A DNA stretch of 64,000 nucleotides from Cenococcum geophilum (Eukaryota): assembly GCA_050273025.1 (NCBI GenBank), contig CP158635.1:9858001-9922000 (forward strand). Reading direction: 5' to 3'. The notes under the pieces are model-generated. The model had not been told where the DNA came from, made no database searches, and worked only from the letters and a program-made list of their open reading frames with translations. Position numbers and translations under genes: made by a program. Shown here piece after piece: positions 38,546 to 52,600 of this stretch. Position 1 is the stretch's first letter. Each line of letters starts with the position of its first letter.

Positions 38546-40868
38546 ATGTTCAATGCAGTCGCAAGAGCGCGTCCACCTGCCTCCCTCTTCCGCCAACGGT
38601 TAATACCTAAGAGCTCTCTAAAGGTACTTTAGCTTACCCGAACACGAGAGACGCTGAGAATATTCTAACCGCCACGCCTGTACAGTCCATAGCCATGGCT
38701 CCGGTCAATTCTCGAAGAAACCAGTCTTCGTTCCCAGCGGGTATGTTCTGTCTCGTGATCACCCTCCAGGCGTCTCACCCTCGACATCAGACGGCTAAGA
38801 CAGCTACAATACTACAGGCTACAGAGAAGACCACTCCAAAGGCGCTATGCTCCGCTTCGAAGATTCTCTGCCTCGTCTCCCTGTCCCGACCCTCCAAGAA
38901 ACAGCGAAGCGCTACCTCAGATCCGTCCACCCACTGCTCAGCAAGCCCGAGTACGAAGCCACCACAAAGGCCGTTGAGGAGTTCGTTGCTCCCGGTGGCC
39001 CTGGCGAAGCGCTTCAGAAGCGACTAGTAGCACGGCGGGAAGATCCTACCATTCGCAACTGGCTCGCGGAATGGTGGAACGAGGGAGCCTATATGGGCTA
39101 CCGCGACCCGATCGTCCCCTACGTCAGCTACTTCTACTCCCACAGAGATGACCGTAAGCGGCGCAACCCCGCAAAGCGTGCTGCTGCCATGTCCACCGCT
39201 GTGCTTGAGTTCAAGAAACAAGTCGACAGCTGTTCATTGGAGCCAGAGTACATGAAGAAGCTACCCATGGCTATGAGCTCGTATGAGTGGATGTTCAACT
39301 GCTGCAGGGTGCCGAAGAAGCCAGCGGACACAAGTGTCAAGTACCCATATCAGGAAAACCCGCATATTGTAGTCATTAGGAAGAACCAGTTCTGGAAGGT
39401 GCCGCATGAGATCGATGGCAAGCAGCTCAACACAAGCGAGTTGGAGCAGCAGTTCAAGAGAATTTATGAGAAGGCGGAGAGGAGCGCACCTGTGGGAATT
39501 CTCACTTCACAAAACAGAGATGTATGGACCGATGTATGTGTATTTCCCTCTCGAATCCCTGACTGTTTTTTTTTTTGGGAGGGGGATTTGTATGACTGAC
39601 AGGCACCACAGGTCTACGAACGCCTCGTTGCCTCCTCGGACGTCAACAAATCTGCCCTCGAAACCATCCAATCCGCCTCATTCGTTGTCTGTCTTGACGA
39701 TGCCTCCCCGGTCACCTTGGAAGAGCGTGCGCATCAATATTGGCACGGCGACGGCTCTAATCGCTGGTTCGACAAGACCCTTCAATTCATCATCAACGAC
39801 AACGGCACTTCAGGCTTCATGGGCGAACATTCCATGATGGACGGCACACCTACACATCGTCTCAATGACCACGCTAACAAGCTCATCTTCACCAACGCCC
39901 TAGATTTCGACAACCCGAATGTCCGCAGCAACCTACCTGACCCGACTCCCATCCGCTTTCACCTCACCCCAGAACTAAAAGAGGACATAGAAGCTGCCCA
40001 ACACCACTTCGACGGCCAAATCGGCGCCCACGAACTCCGTGTTCAGGCCTATCAGGGCTATGGCAAAGGCCTCATCAAGAAATTCAAGTGCTCTCCCGAC
40101 GCTTACGTCCAGATGATCATCCAACTCGCCTACCACAAATTCTACGGCAAGAACCGACCAACTTACGAATCGGCCGCGACACGGCGCTTCCAGCAAGGCC
40201 GCACGGAAACCTGCCGCTCGGTGTCGGACGAGAGCGTCGCGTTCTGCAACGCGATGGCGGACGCGTCGGTGCCGGCGGAGAAGTGCCAGCAGCTGTTCCG
40301 CGAGGCGCTGCACGCGCACGTCAAGTACATCAACGACGCCAGCGACGGGCGCGGCGTCGACCGGCACCTGCTCGGGCTGAAGAAGTGCCTCGAGGAAGGC
40401 GAGGAGCTGCCCGCGCTATACCGCGACCCAGCGTATGCGTACGGTAGCAAGTGGTTCATCAGCACCAGCCAGCTGAGCTCCGAGTACTTCAATGGCTATG
40501 GCTGGAGTCAGGTTGTGGATGATGGCTGGGGGTATGTTTGACTGCTTTCTTCTATTTGCTGTTCCGACTTCTTTTTAACCTCTGCACAACTCGGTCCTTC
40601 GACTCGCCTCTGCCCAAAACTCGAGTTGTCGAGTTATGCTAACAATGGCATTAGTATCGCCTATATGATCAACGAAAATAGCATCCAGTTCAACGTCGTC
40701 AGCAAGGGCCTTGGCTCTGTATGTATTTTCCATCTTCGTCCCCGATACCCTCCTTGTAGAGTTAACATGCTATCGCAGGAACGCATGTCATTCTATCTCA
40801 ATGAAGCGGCGGGCGATATTAGAGACTTGATGTTGCCGACGCTCGAAGCGCCGAAGGCGAAGTTATAG
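38546..40868 (+). CDS. CAT2: Carnitine O-acetyltransferase, mitochondrial/peroxisomal (Cat2/AcuJ type), 640 aa, 6 exons
   Basis: Exons 38546-38623, 38686-38740, 38818-39533, 39612-40531, 40655-40718 and 40779-40868. Motifs LPRLPVPTL, NRWFDK, GEHSMMDG, TYESAATRRFQQGRTE and DRHLLGL. Arg-rich presequence and C-terminal AKL. Confidence 0.96.
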
Positions 40869-42389
40869 ATAGACTTGCGCTCTTCCTGTCCTATTACCTC
40901 ACTCTGGGTTGGGGAAGAGCGACGCAGTGCTCAACGCAAGTGTGTATATAGGTTTTCCTAATTTCGACAGATAGGGAAGGCGAGTAAACGGGTAGGTCGT
41001 ACTGAGAGGGCTGAGGAAGTGGGCAGTCTTGATCTAGATCTAGATGCGCGTCGTAGTTACTTTTCTGTTTCTTTTTCCCTACTGTGGTTTGTATGATGCT
41101 AGTTTCCTTTTTTCATCACGACGCGATAGAGGCAGAGATGGGGTGGGGAGGCCGTGGAAATCCTATAGAACGGAATGTGAGATTTCACACACACATGCAG
41201 CCCTATCGTCCAGCCTTGCATGCAGATACGGGGAAGGTGCAGCCACAGACAGACTGCTGGGCCAAGGCTGAGACACTAGCCTCGACCGCATTGCAGACCC
41301 ACAAGGCTGAAGAGAACCGTCCCGCCGTACCTGTCCCTCTCTCCCTCGGTCTCCTTCTCTCTGCCGAGCTTAGTCGGGAGAAAGGCCTGAAGTACGGCAA
41401 CCCAAGCATCTCAATCCCTCAGCACCGCTTACCCGCAGAGGCCCCATGACGTGGACACATTCACCTCATTCATTTTCCCGCAAACATCCCTCTAAGGCAA
41501 TTGTAAGAAAAAAAGCCGCCCGGAAGCATTCATCCATTCATCCGTCCCACGCCATTATCCCCCTCCCCACCTAACACCGCAGCCTCATGCAGCCCCGAAC
41601 TCGCCAAGCCAGTCGGCGCTCGGGAAAAAAAAGAAAAAAAAAACCCCCCGGCTCTGCAGCTATATGCACATCTACCCTCTCTCCTGCTTCTCCTCGCTCC
41701 AGCCACACGCACGACACACGCAGAAAGAACCGTGTTTCAGGCCTTGGGAATCGGGGGAAATGGCCCGTTTTTTCTAACAGAAAAAGGAAAAATAAAAAAA
41801 AAAGACTTCGAAAAAAAATAATAAACTCTATTCGCACGACTCGTTGGCCCGAGATCGCCGATTACCATCCCTTTCCCCGCGGGGCCGTGCCCTCTGGCCT
41901 GCTTTTCCGGGAGGATGCTAATGGCGCGGTGAGGGAGTCCGGCTCTGCGCCTGCCTTATAAGGACCACGGTGAGCGTTGGTGGTGGTGGTGAATGGCGAT
42001 AGTGATGGTCATGGTGACGGTTGTGCTGGTGGTTGTACCGATGGTTGTGCGAACCACGGTTGCGGTAGTGGTGGGGGGGGGGGCCGCGTAAGGCGCGCGT
42101 GTGCTGATGACGAGGGGCTGCTGATGACGAGAGCGAGCGCGCGTGGGACGGGGATTTGGGACCAGTTCGGGGGCGGGAAGGGAGGGGAGGCGCAGCAAGG
42201 GGCGGGGTTGTCAAAGGTTTTTTTGGAATCGGGGTGAATGTTGCGATTTGAGCTTTTCGGGAAAGAGATCTGGTGCAGAAGGGGGAAACAGGTAGACTGC
42301 AGACTAGGGAATTTGTGATGATGGATTGACTAAAAATGGGAATTATAACAAAAACAGAATCAGATAGTTATCCCTATACAGCTCTCACC

Positions 42390-42538
42390 CAGACTTAGTG
42401 CCAAGCAAGCTGTCAAGCCCGCTTTGACTTCTACGAGCACCTTGCGCATCGTCACGGACCTTTAGAAGTACCTTGCACGGGTGCACCTACCATATGCTTG
42501 TCCATGCGGGCTTGACAGCTTGCTTATTACCAAGTCTG
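42390..42538. mobile_element. hAT-type MITE (149 bp)
   Basis: 33-bp TIRs at 42390-42422 and 42506-42538 (29/33 match, starting CAG). 8-bp flanking direct repeat CTCTCACC (42382-42389) / CTCTCACG (42539-42546). Confidence 0.8.
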
Positions 42539-44323
42539 CTCTCACGATGCCACCATCAGCCTCACCACCGCCCAGTTTCAAGAAATCGAATGGATTTGAC
42601 ATGAAACGTCTCTTCTAGTCCAGCCATGCAGCTTCGCCTGTAAGCTGCATGGCATTGCACGCCTGCCAGCTTATAAAGAGCTTAGTAGCTATACACGCAC
42701 CGCGAAAGCTGCTTGCTTCAACCGCACGCCCGATCTTTCTAAGTATGGACCGGGAATCCTTTCATGCTATTCGACTGGAATCCAAGAATACGGTTCAGGC
42801 CACGAAGCAGCTGCATGAAAGCATCCAAGGCGTGCTCCAAGGCGTTTCAGCAGGAAGCCGGAGAGAGAGACAGACAAAGAAACATGTGAATTTCTAATTG
42901 AGAATGAGGCAGAGACACTTGGACGCTGATGTGTAAATGCTAAGAAGAGAGGCGTCGTTGTCAAGGCACGAAAAGGGATACGACGTGCAGCGCGCCACGT
43001 CACAGCAGGCGCAAAAGAAGGCGGCTCTTGACTCGAGACTGCGGGGTCGGTCACTGTGGTGGTTCTGGAACCCCTCTTAAGCTCTTCAGACGCCTTCTGC
43101 TAGTGCTGCTAACGCTGTTAGTGCTGCTAGTGGCAAGGCCAAGAGGGTGCACTTTTGCGGTCAATCGCGGTCAACCCGTCAGCCCCCGGTGGCCGCGCTA
43201 TTAGGTACTTGTAGCGAACTGCTTCATACAGAATACGGCACGCGCACACTATCACTGGTCAACTTGGCCGCCAAGTGAAAGCCACTCGCGCCGTTTGACG
43301 AAAGTTGAGGGGTTTGGGACACCATAGCCGCTTTTTGCTCGTACGAGGCCTTGAGGCATACTTTCTTTCTCTCTTTCACTCTCCATTACTGTAAATAGCT
43401 AAGAAAAGAACATATTGTAAAAATTAAGTGGATGATGAAGAAACGCCGCGCTCCTTGGAATGTGTTCCCTGCGTTCCCGTTACAAATTCCGTATAGCCTA
43501 GTTCTTCCCAGCCTAACACCCCGCCTTGATGCAAAAATAAAAATATAAAATCCCTGGCTCCATGCCCAATGCAATGAGTCGAAAGAACGCTGTAGAAGGC
43601 CATCCGTACAAACCGAAAAAGCATATGCTGACTAGTGCGGATAATGACAGGACGAGAAATTATTACAGGAGCATTGCCGCCACAAGCCCTTTACACGTGG
43701 TTTAAAAAAAATGAACAAATGAATAAACGCCGCCGTGACTGATGGTTAAACACCCTTCTCCCCGAAAGAATCCTGTGATCATTCCCATTAAGGTCGCCCG
43801 CTCTACGCCATGCGCCACCTGACCCTTCTGACGCCGTGACCATGATATAGTTGTGTAAATGACGAGGACATGAGGGAAAGTATGAAGACAAAAAAACTCA
43901 AACGCCAAATTGCCGGGGTATTTGTGCTGGTGCTTTCCTAGCACCAACCCAGTATTGGGCCTCGTGGGAGGGCTGGTTCTATTCTGCTATGCGCCGAAAG
44001 CCCAAGTCTAACCTGAAAAACGGAAGATGCGAAAAGCGTAAGCAAGGAAGAGAGGGTACTAAAATTATCAACAAACAAGTCTAACAAGGGAGTTGGCATA
44101 TTATCTAGGAGAGCGTATCGAGGTAGTCGGTCGGGGATGGGGGGGTGGCTGTGCGAGGGGTGAGGCCGAGTGGTCTAACTTGTTAGCGAGTCGCAGCACG
44201 CGGTTTGTATCCCGGTGTTGGGCAAACGGCGCTAACAGTCCAAAGCGGACTAGAGTTCCCGTGTGCGCATGATCTCGACGCAGATCAGCCGGCCTGCAGC
44301 ACACCCTCACATCATCCCTTTGC

Positions 44324-46631
44324 TCATCCACGAGAGGTCCGCTGACCATACTGCTGATAGGCCTCGTTGCCGGCTACTTGGCTTGCCTGGGGCGCAACAT
44401 CTGCCCGTTGTAGCTGCAGCGACTGTCCAGATCCCGGCACCGCCGTTGCAGCGCTTGGCTCCAGGAATGCTCCGTAGTCCCAAGATGTGCGCCCCGTTGT
44501 AGATAGCCCCGCCGAGTATTGTGATGCCGGGTGGTGTGCGGCTGCTTGCCATGGAGTCATGCTTTGTACTGTCGGAGTCAGCTGGGGAACCGAAACTCGC
44601 AGGTCGGATTGGCCAGCTGATGCCTCCAGTCCTGCTGATGCCTTGATATTCGGAGACAGGGTCGTCGAGGTCATGCCCGATGTATAGGCTGTAGAGGCCA
44701 CCGAACTTGAAACCGATCGAGGCGATGTGTTGCGGTGGAGTTCTGGAGCGGCCTCTGAGGGCCCGCCGCTGCCATAGCTGCTTGATACCGGGGTGAGGAG
44801 GGCGCCAGCCGTTGACGAGTAACTCGCCGACTGTGGAATGTTAGCTGCATGCAGAACCGAGTTTGAGCTATCAAACACATACGTATTTACTGATTATCTT
44901 CTTCAATGCATGTGCGAGAATCTTCCAAGGAAACACTTTGACGTCCTTTTCGATGTTCCTAGGCTTGGGATTCGGAAAGCCCATAATAACCTTGAAGAAC
45001 TCTTCGCTCTCCGCCTTGGCCTTAGACACCGTCAGAGGGCGAAACCCTTCCAGGTTGCGTCGAATGCGGTTCTTCTCCTCCACGGTGAATCTGACGGCTA
45101 CTAGAGACTCAAGGAGAAAGATGGTATCCACGCTGGTAATAAAGCATTCCTGTTTTTCCTCCCATAGGATACAGCTCACGCAGATGCTGTGTGGCGAACG
45201 CTCCTCTGGTGTGACTGCCTCGAATAATGTGGTGATCGTGCTGCCCGACTGACTTCTGCGAAATTGTACCAGGCGGCGCTTCGCATCCCATTCGTCTTGA
45301 GACCAGCCTTCAGCCATTTTCTCCAAATCTCCATCAATCTTCAAAACAGCTTTGGAATTTGGATACATGGCATAGGGATTAAAAGATTGAGGATGCACAG
45401 AGACCGGTGTGACTGCTGAACTTGGTGGTTGTATTGTCGATGTCCGTATCAGAGGAGGATTGGCAAGTGAAGCTGGAGAGGGCATAACTGGCGTTCTAGC
45501 CGGCGTGGCTGCGATAGAAGCCGGACTCCGGCCTGTTTGGCTCACCGTTGAGTAGGGGCTGTACGTTGGTTGGCTCGGCGATTGAGCCTTCACATTCGGC
45601 TGAGAGATGTTTATTCCAGATGGAATGGAATAGAGTCCCTTTTGTTGCGGGTTTTGCTGGGGGTAAACTGGAACCTGTGGCTGCTGAACCCTCTCGTACG
45701 CGCCCGAGTATGAAAAATTGCTAGGAAGCGCAGGTTGAACGTAGGATGCAGCTGGCGAAACCGAACTGTGTGCGATAGGGTAAACACTCGAGCTCTCTCT
45801 TGGTTTTGCGTACAGTCGCTGCGATGCGACTCGCTTCGCAGGCGATCTCAAGTAATCTGGAGTTTCTAACGATTCTGCTGAAATCTTTCGCTTTCGTGAA
45901 AGATCTTGAGACGAGCTGTATGTCTGGTATGCAGAAACGTCCGTGTACGTAAAATCGCCGACTTCAAAAACATCAAGAATCCGGCTGTACTCATCTTCCA
46001 TGTTCAGAAGGAGCTGCATCTGGCCACTAAGGCATGCAGTCACCGCATGAGGCGGGATGTCAGTAGCGAGGGTGTAGTTGAAATATTCTCCTTCTGGTTC
46101 GAGCTTCGTGAGCGCGGTTTCGCACCGTCTGCTCCCGAACATGATTGAAAAAAAAGTGTTCTGTTGAATGGTGAGGTCGTATTTGGCCCTAAGATTGATC
46201 AAAAGCTTGTCTCCAGAGCCACCTTTCGAAGGCAGGTAAGAAGTTATTTCCGGTGGCCCGGGAAGATGACGAGATCTTGCATCAATAAATGGGAATTGAG
46301 CTTGGTAACTGCCTGCGCCGCGTGACTCGTACGTCGAGCTAGGAATGAAGGGCATCTCTGTGGTCGATGGTTCATGGGGTACCCGCGCCTGCGCGTCTGA
46401 ATATTGCGAGGCGAATGAAGGCTGTGCAAAGCTAGCATAGCTTGGATTCTGATTTGGTCTTGTGGCGGGTTCTTCTAAAAGAAGGGTGTCAGTCCAACAT
46501 TAGCTCTCACGTGTGCCTGACCCGGGGCCATCCGCCCAGGCCGCTGTGCTTTGCTCCTCTAGAAGCGTCAGATGAACCTCAATTTACTCACCATACACAT
46601 AGGGTTGCTGAGACTTTCCGTAACCAGACAT
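44324..46631 (-). CDS. medA: Medusa (MedA/ACON-3) developmental regulator, 712 aa from ATG 46631; a longer N-terminus is possible
   Basis: Exons 46631-46592, 46474-44883 and 44830-44324. Start MSGYGKSQQP. Conserved MedA domain RRLVQFRR...ICVSCILWEEKQECFITSVDTIFLLESLV...RFTVEEKNRIRRNLEGFRPLTVSK...PKPRNIEKDVKVFPW...IISKYSASY. Confidence 0.92.
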
Positions 46632-49600
46632 CGACAAGAGGGCGGCCGACAGATCAGCGACGGTCAGAGGACCACTTTCGCAGTCTTGACCGTACTGCAA
46701 CAGTACCGGCTCTGAAGAGTCACAATCTTCGTCTACGATAAAGGGCGCCTTGACGCTTCGATCAGGCTGTGCTTGGAGCTCTAGTTAGCAGGCAAACCCA
46801 TAGAGTGGTTGGAGCGTAGGCAGCAGCATAATGAACACGGGCTATGTATGACACAACCCTCGCCGCAGCCATGAAACCAAAAGGATGAGGAAAAACACAC
46901 CTGAAAGCATCTACCACCGATGCAGGCCAGCTTGACGGTATTTCCGAGGCTCTAGGAATGGGCGAAGTAGTGTTGCTCTGGCTGCACCGTCGTGGAGATG
47001 GTTCTAGCCAGTCGATCACAACATGCAAGGGGTTTGCAGGTGTGGAATAATGTTTTTGGACTCTCCGTACATTCAAGTATTTGAAGCATGCGAAGGAAGT
47101 CTGAGTTCAAAAATGTAGATGTCGAGCACGGCGGGACTCGTGACGCAGATATCTGGCAATTGCTCGCTGCTGACAGAACAGATAGGAGCAGTCTCTAGAG
47201 TAAAAAGCATCCGGGAGAGAGGAATTGCAGGAGCACTTTTGAAGGGCCCCGTTTCTCCCACTTCCGATAAGTTCTGATCCTCGCCTAATGCAGGCTACCG
47301 CTGCCTACTATTGACAGGTTTCGGGAAGTTGAAGCACCTTGAAAGAGAACCAGAGTGATTCAGAGCGGGAAGGCTGGTTTGGAAAAATGAGATTTGGGCT
47401 CGTAGATGATCGAGTGTCGCATCAAAGAGCAGTAAGTGCAGCTTGTGGTCCAGAATAGCTTACCAAGTAGACAAAGAGGACAGAGACATTAGGCTTTGGA
47501 GATGGTCTAGACAGGTATGAGGCTGGGCGAAGCCTCGCGGTAGGAAGGTGGAGTGCTAGCTGCGGAGAAGCAAGCGTTAATAGAGGCGTGAGAGGGTGGT
47601 TAGTTACCGGGGTTTTGGCAGAGGGCGGGATTGGCGGACATAGATAACGACGATCGGCAAGTAATGCAAGGAAAGTGGAGGATGACTGACCTCTGATGAC
47701 TTTGTATTGTACCGATACCGTCAACCGGGTAATCAAGCGAAGTGCGGAGGGCTACAAGAAGGCTGCCAACCGCGGTACAAGATGCCTGCCAATTTCCTAC
47801 CAGCCTGGCGAACCACCTACTGAGCTGCTGGGGCTGTGATCCGTGACCAGAGGCTTTGAGGCTCTTGTTCGAAAGCGAGATGGCGCAGCCGTCAGCTCAG
47901 CTGAGAAGCCCTTGTGGAATTTACCGGGGCGGCGGAGCGATCAGAGCAGATTCCGATGCGAAACTACTTTCGGGTACCGGCGAGGGCTGCCTGGCAGAAA
48001 CGTGCCGCTCTGTCAATGCTGCTGCCAACCTGCTACTTTTGCAGCAGACAAAGCCGCCGGGTTTCAAGGCTGAAGCTGAAGTGACGCCGGGCTAAATGGC
48101 TTGTAGGCAGAGGGCCCAGAGGTCGAGAGAGCGAGAGAGCGAATCAGCAAATCGACGGGGGGCCAAAGCGCTGAGTCACTTGGAGGCGCTGTAGCAGAGA
48201 CAACGAGGGGGGAAGGCAGTCAGATGAAAATGTAAAACGAGAGAAGCGAAGGGCAGCAAGGCAGCAAACCGGGTTGAGGGGTGACGGGTGGACTTAGATG
48301 TGGGTGCGGATGTAGATCGGATTAAGGACGCGCAGAGGCAGCTCAAAGCGAGTGTTGTGATGGCCCGATGGCAGCATGCCGAAGTAGAAGAGAGCTCCAA
48401 AAAAGTCGGGGTGACGGAGGGCGGTGATATATGAGCTAAGCTGTCTGGACGCGCATCAGCACACATTATTACTGTTACGATCCGATGTGAAAGAGCATCC
48501 CTGCGCCATTCAGCGCAGCGAAGAGGCCTCTGTCGGACGTGAATGGCCCCGGGGACAACCAATGCCTTCCTGCTAAGCTTCGCCTCAGGACGCTTTGTGG
48601 ACAGCCATCTGGGCAAGCATGTGGGAGTCCATCAGAAAGGGAGGCAGCCAGAATGCCATGGCCCAAGGCGCATTACATGTGGTGAGAGACGGCCCAAGCG
48701 ATCTATCGAAGATCTATTCCTGGCGTGGCTTGCATGCAACCTTAAAAAAATACCCATGTCGATAGCCCCAATCGAGGACCTGCAGCAAAGTCTAGCAGCA
48801 GCAATAGTAGCAAGTAGCAAAACAGTGCAAGTCGTTAGCAGTCCACGATCCTCGCTGCAGGCCTTAGGATCGACCACGACCACGGCCACCACGGCCACCA
48901 CGGCCATCGTGGTATTGCCGTATCGTCCCGTATTGTGTGCGCTGGTATCACCGTGGCGAGCAAGCACAATTACCTGGGCACCTAGGTAATCCACTGCTAA
49001 TCCACCGCGCACCCCGCTGCCTCAACCACCCCAACGCCCGCTTGCTCTCCAGTCCGCACCCTCGCCCCTCTGGCCACCGCTTGACTCGGGACTGGGAGAG
49101 ATGCATGCGGGCAAACCACCCGACCCGACGACGGGAAGGGGAGGGGAGGGGGAAGGGAGAGGTCGACAACGGAGTTCGGAGCCCAGGGTGAAGTGCTTTT
49201 AAGAAGCACCGCAGCGCCGCCCTTACGCCGCCGCAGTTCAGCTCCCTCTCTCTCAACGCATGATCCTGGGCGTCGGGCACTGGCAGATATTATGGCCATG
49301 TTCGTCATTGTTAGACGCCGCGAAAAATGTGTGTACGTGTGCATCCAGGCCGAGTGGCATCATCCGGGCAACGAACAGGGAGAGTGGAGAGTGGATGAGT
49401 GGTGGTGGCCAGCAGCTTCACGCCTCCCACCGATACAATACAGCATCTTCAGCATCCTCAGCAGCGTCAGCAAGTCCAGCAGCTTTTCGCGATGGCCGGA
49501 CCGACCGGCTCCTCCCTTGCGACATCAGCGTCGGCGTTTGTCCCAGTATTCTTAGCAAGCTGATGCCGTATCACGCCGGCCTTTTCCACGAAGGGGTTGG

Positions 49601-52600
49601 TTTGGGTTGGTTTGGGTCTGGGTCGGTCTGGGTTTGGCAGCCAAGGGCGAGCTGGGTGCAGGGTTGCGGCTGTGTCGATCGCACGTCAGCCTCCACTTTC
49701 CCACGTCAAAATTTTCCCAGAACGGCGCTCGCCTGCCACCAAAGACGCCTCTTTTGGGCTGCAGCATCGCCACGCTGCGATCGTTGCAAGCTTTCTCGGT
49801 TGGCTATGCAGCTTACTGGGCGACTTATGCAGGCACCGTCACTGCTCGCGCCCCGGTTATTCCACAACTTCAACCACCTTTTTGAGTGCTAGGAGTGCTT
49901 CCATGTGCCTCCATGCGCCTCTCTATGCGCCTCTATGTGCCTCTTAACCCACCCCAACCCCCAAACCCCTCCCAAGGCGGCACGTCGGATGGCAATGGGC
50001 GAGTCAGGGCACCGCGCTTTCGTCCCACAAATCATAAGAACTGCCGTCGCGCTCTTGTTTGCGCCATTTGCCTGCTTCTTGACTCCTTTTGACCCTTTGA
50101 CTCTTTGACTCTTGACTCTCCTCAGCAAGTAATAATGCAGCTTAGACCCCCGGCGAGTCGAGCAGAATTCGCGCTGTCTTGCAGTGCCAAGCTCCTAGGA
50201 CAGTGGACCATCTCCCTCTATCTGATGAAGCTTCACGCCGTTTGGCTTGTGCCATGGGCTTTATCAGAACAAAAGATAATGCTCAATCGACGTTTGTTGG
50301 GTCGCCTTCCCGCCGCTTCGTATCGCCCTTTGTCCAAACGGAGGCTCTACCCTCCCGCCTCCTGGCCATTAAGATTTGAATTCAATTTTTAATTTTTTCG
50401 TGCTTTTGCTTCTATCGGTCACTAGCTGCTGTGACACTCCATGCGGCACTCCATACAGCTTGCCCTCTCTCCTGCATCTGGAGTCCTGCAGGGTTGTATG
50501 GGCTTCTGCGAATCTATTCACCGCCCTCAGCTTCGATTTCGCACCTGTCAGATGGTCGATCATGGCTTGCGCCAAGTCCTGGAGCAATCCCCGTCACAAA
50601 GAACAATACTTGGAGGTCCACTTCTGAAAAATCACTGGCGTATCGCATCTGCAATTCATCCAGTGACAGTAGATTACTAAAAACTCTAAACAAGCTGTCA
50701 GGGCCCAAAGCGGATGTCCTAACCTGCCGAAACGATGCTCTGCGGGCAACGACTATCTGAATCGCGTCTCGGATCGTCATTTCCAAGCCTTTGCCACAGG
50801 CGGTACTAACTCTGCTCGCCGTTCAGCTGCAGTCTGCTTCAGTCCTAGAACCCCCCGGTACCATCCTGTGTGGCTGCACCGCTGCATGGCTTCACGGCCT
50901 GGCCGTCAGAGATCCAGATCTCCAACCAAAATTCAACACCATAGGTATGGGATATTCGAAACCCACACAACAAGTGAGACTTGCATGGGCCGGTATGAGC
51001 CTCTGTGGCTATCCGTCGGCTAGCAGCGTGCACCACCGCCAAGATTACAAGATTACTGGATTCAATCCCATTGCCTGCTCTACCAACACTACTCCCTGAT
51101 TGACCGTGATTGACCGTAGCTACCGAGCGGTGTGCCGCCCTAACGGCTTCGATGGTTATCTGTGGGTGCTCCTGTAGTTGCGCCCATGTAAGTTACTCAG
51201 CTTGTGTGTCAATACGCGCGGCTGCTAAGCTGGCTGTCCTTGCTACTCAGCGATATATTGGCTAGCTTTTTGGCGGTTGCGCGCGAGAAAAGCACTGTTT
51301 CCTTTCCCCGTTACATTGGCTAGAACCCACAGCTTACTCTAGCCTGGCCTGCGCCGACATCCTGTCAATTGAGGAGGCTTTCGAAGGAAAGGGAGGCTTT
51401 GTGCGAGACCGGTTCCAAGAGCTGAGTTATTCTCAATCACCGGCAAGTGGCGTGTATGCAAAGCTAGCGTTAGAGCACGGCGGGTGGTGGATGTGGAGGG
51501 GTTGGTTAGCATAGTGCCAGGTGCCTTTTTACCTATGGTCCACGCTGTGGTCAAAAGCATGAAAAACAATGAACAAGTGGTATACCTGGTATGCTTGGTT
51601 AACCCGGTCAATACAAGAGTCCTGCTGCACCTGCTGCACCCTGGGAGGCCACAGTCATCCTATCCCCATGGCCGATATCGCCGATATTCCCAAAACCAAC
51701 TCCACCTTTCTTTTCACCTCGCGCGCTTCTCTAATCCTACAGTCCCACAATTCCGCCTCATGCCTATGCCTAAGACACGCTATCATCACTCCAATAATTA
51801 AATTTATTATATTTTTTTTTCACACGCCAAAAGTTTCAGCATTTTCTCTAGTCACACGAAAGTCTCAAAAGTCTCAATTAACGTCGCCCAGATTCCTCTG
51901 CCCGGCACCATCCGGACCTACCCGCTTCGGCCATCATGTTCTGTACAACCTGGTCGTTGGGCCCCGGCTGCAGGCAGTTACACCAACGCTGGTGATTTCC
52001 TTGACTGCAAGGGTTGAACCCAGCGACCAGGTTGAGATGAAGTCTGCCCGGAATCTCCACTGCGGGGCCTGGTGGAATGCAAGATTGTCCGCGGCGCTGC
52101 ATGAACTGCTCGCATGAACTCCTGTGCATCTAGGACAGCGTTGGACGCAACGGTTCCCCCACGGTCCATGGGTTGGGCCGGCACCCGTGTAACGACCGAG
52201 CACGGAGATGTTGAGCGTGCTCGATTGCCGGTCTCTGATGCTGGGAGGAGTCCGCGGCCTCGATCTCAATGCCAGATCTAGGTAAATCAGTTCCCGTTTG
52301 CGGCTCAACCTTTCGCAGACTCGTTAGCAGGATCGTCATGCGAGGAAAACAAACATTGGTCACTAACACTTATTGGCAGGTTGCTTCCTTTCTAAGAACG
52401 CCACAACTAGTGGCTTTGAATTTGTTAATGCTTTTCCCGCACAAATCCACGGGAATATACCGCTTCGAATTCCCAAATGCCATTCACGAGTGCTGATCAT
52501 CAAACGGTGCTTCAAACCCATGGATAGCACATCATTTTCACATCAAGCCACCGCTCAACCACCCCACACTGGCCAAGCGAGTGGAATATGCTGGTAAATT

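Noticed and set aside
41500..42240. His/Thr/Gly-rich overlapping short ORFs
   Set aside because: Low-complexity, homopolymer-rich DNA that is open in several frames, with no supported gene structure.
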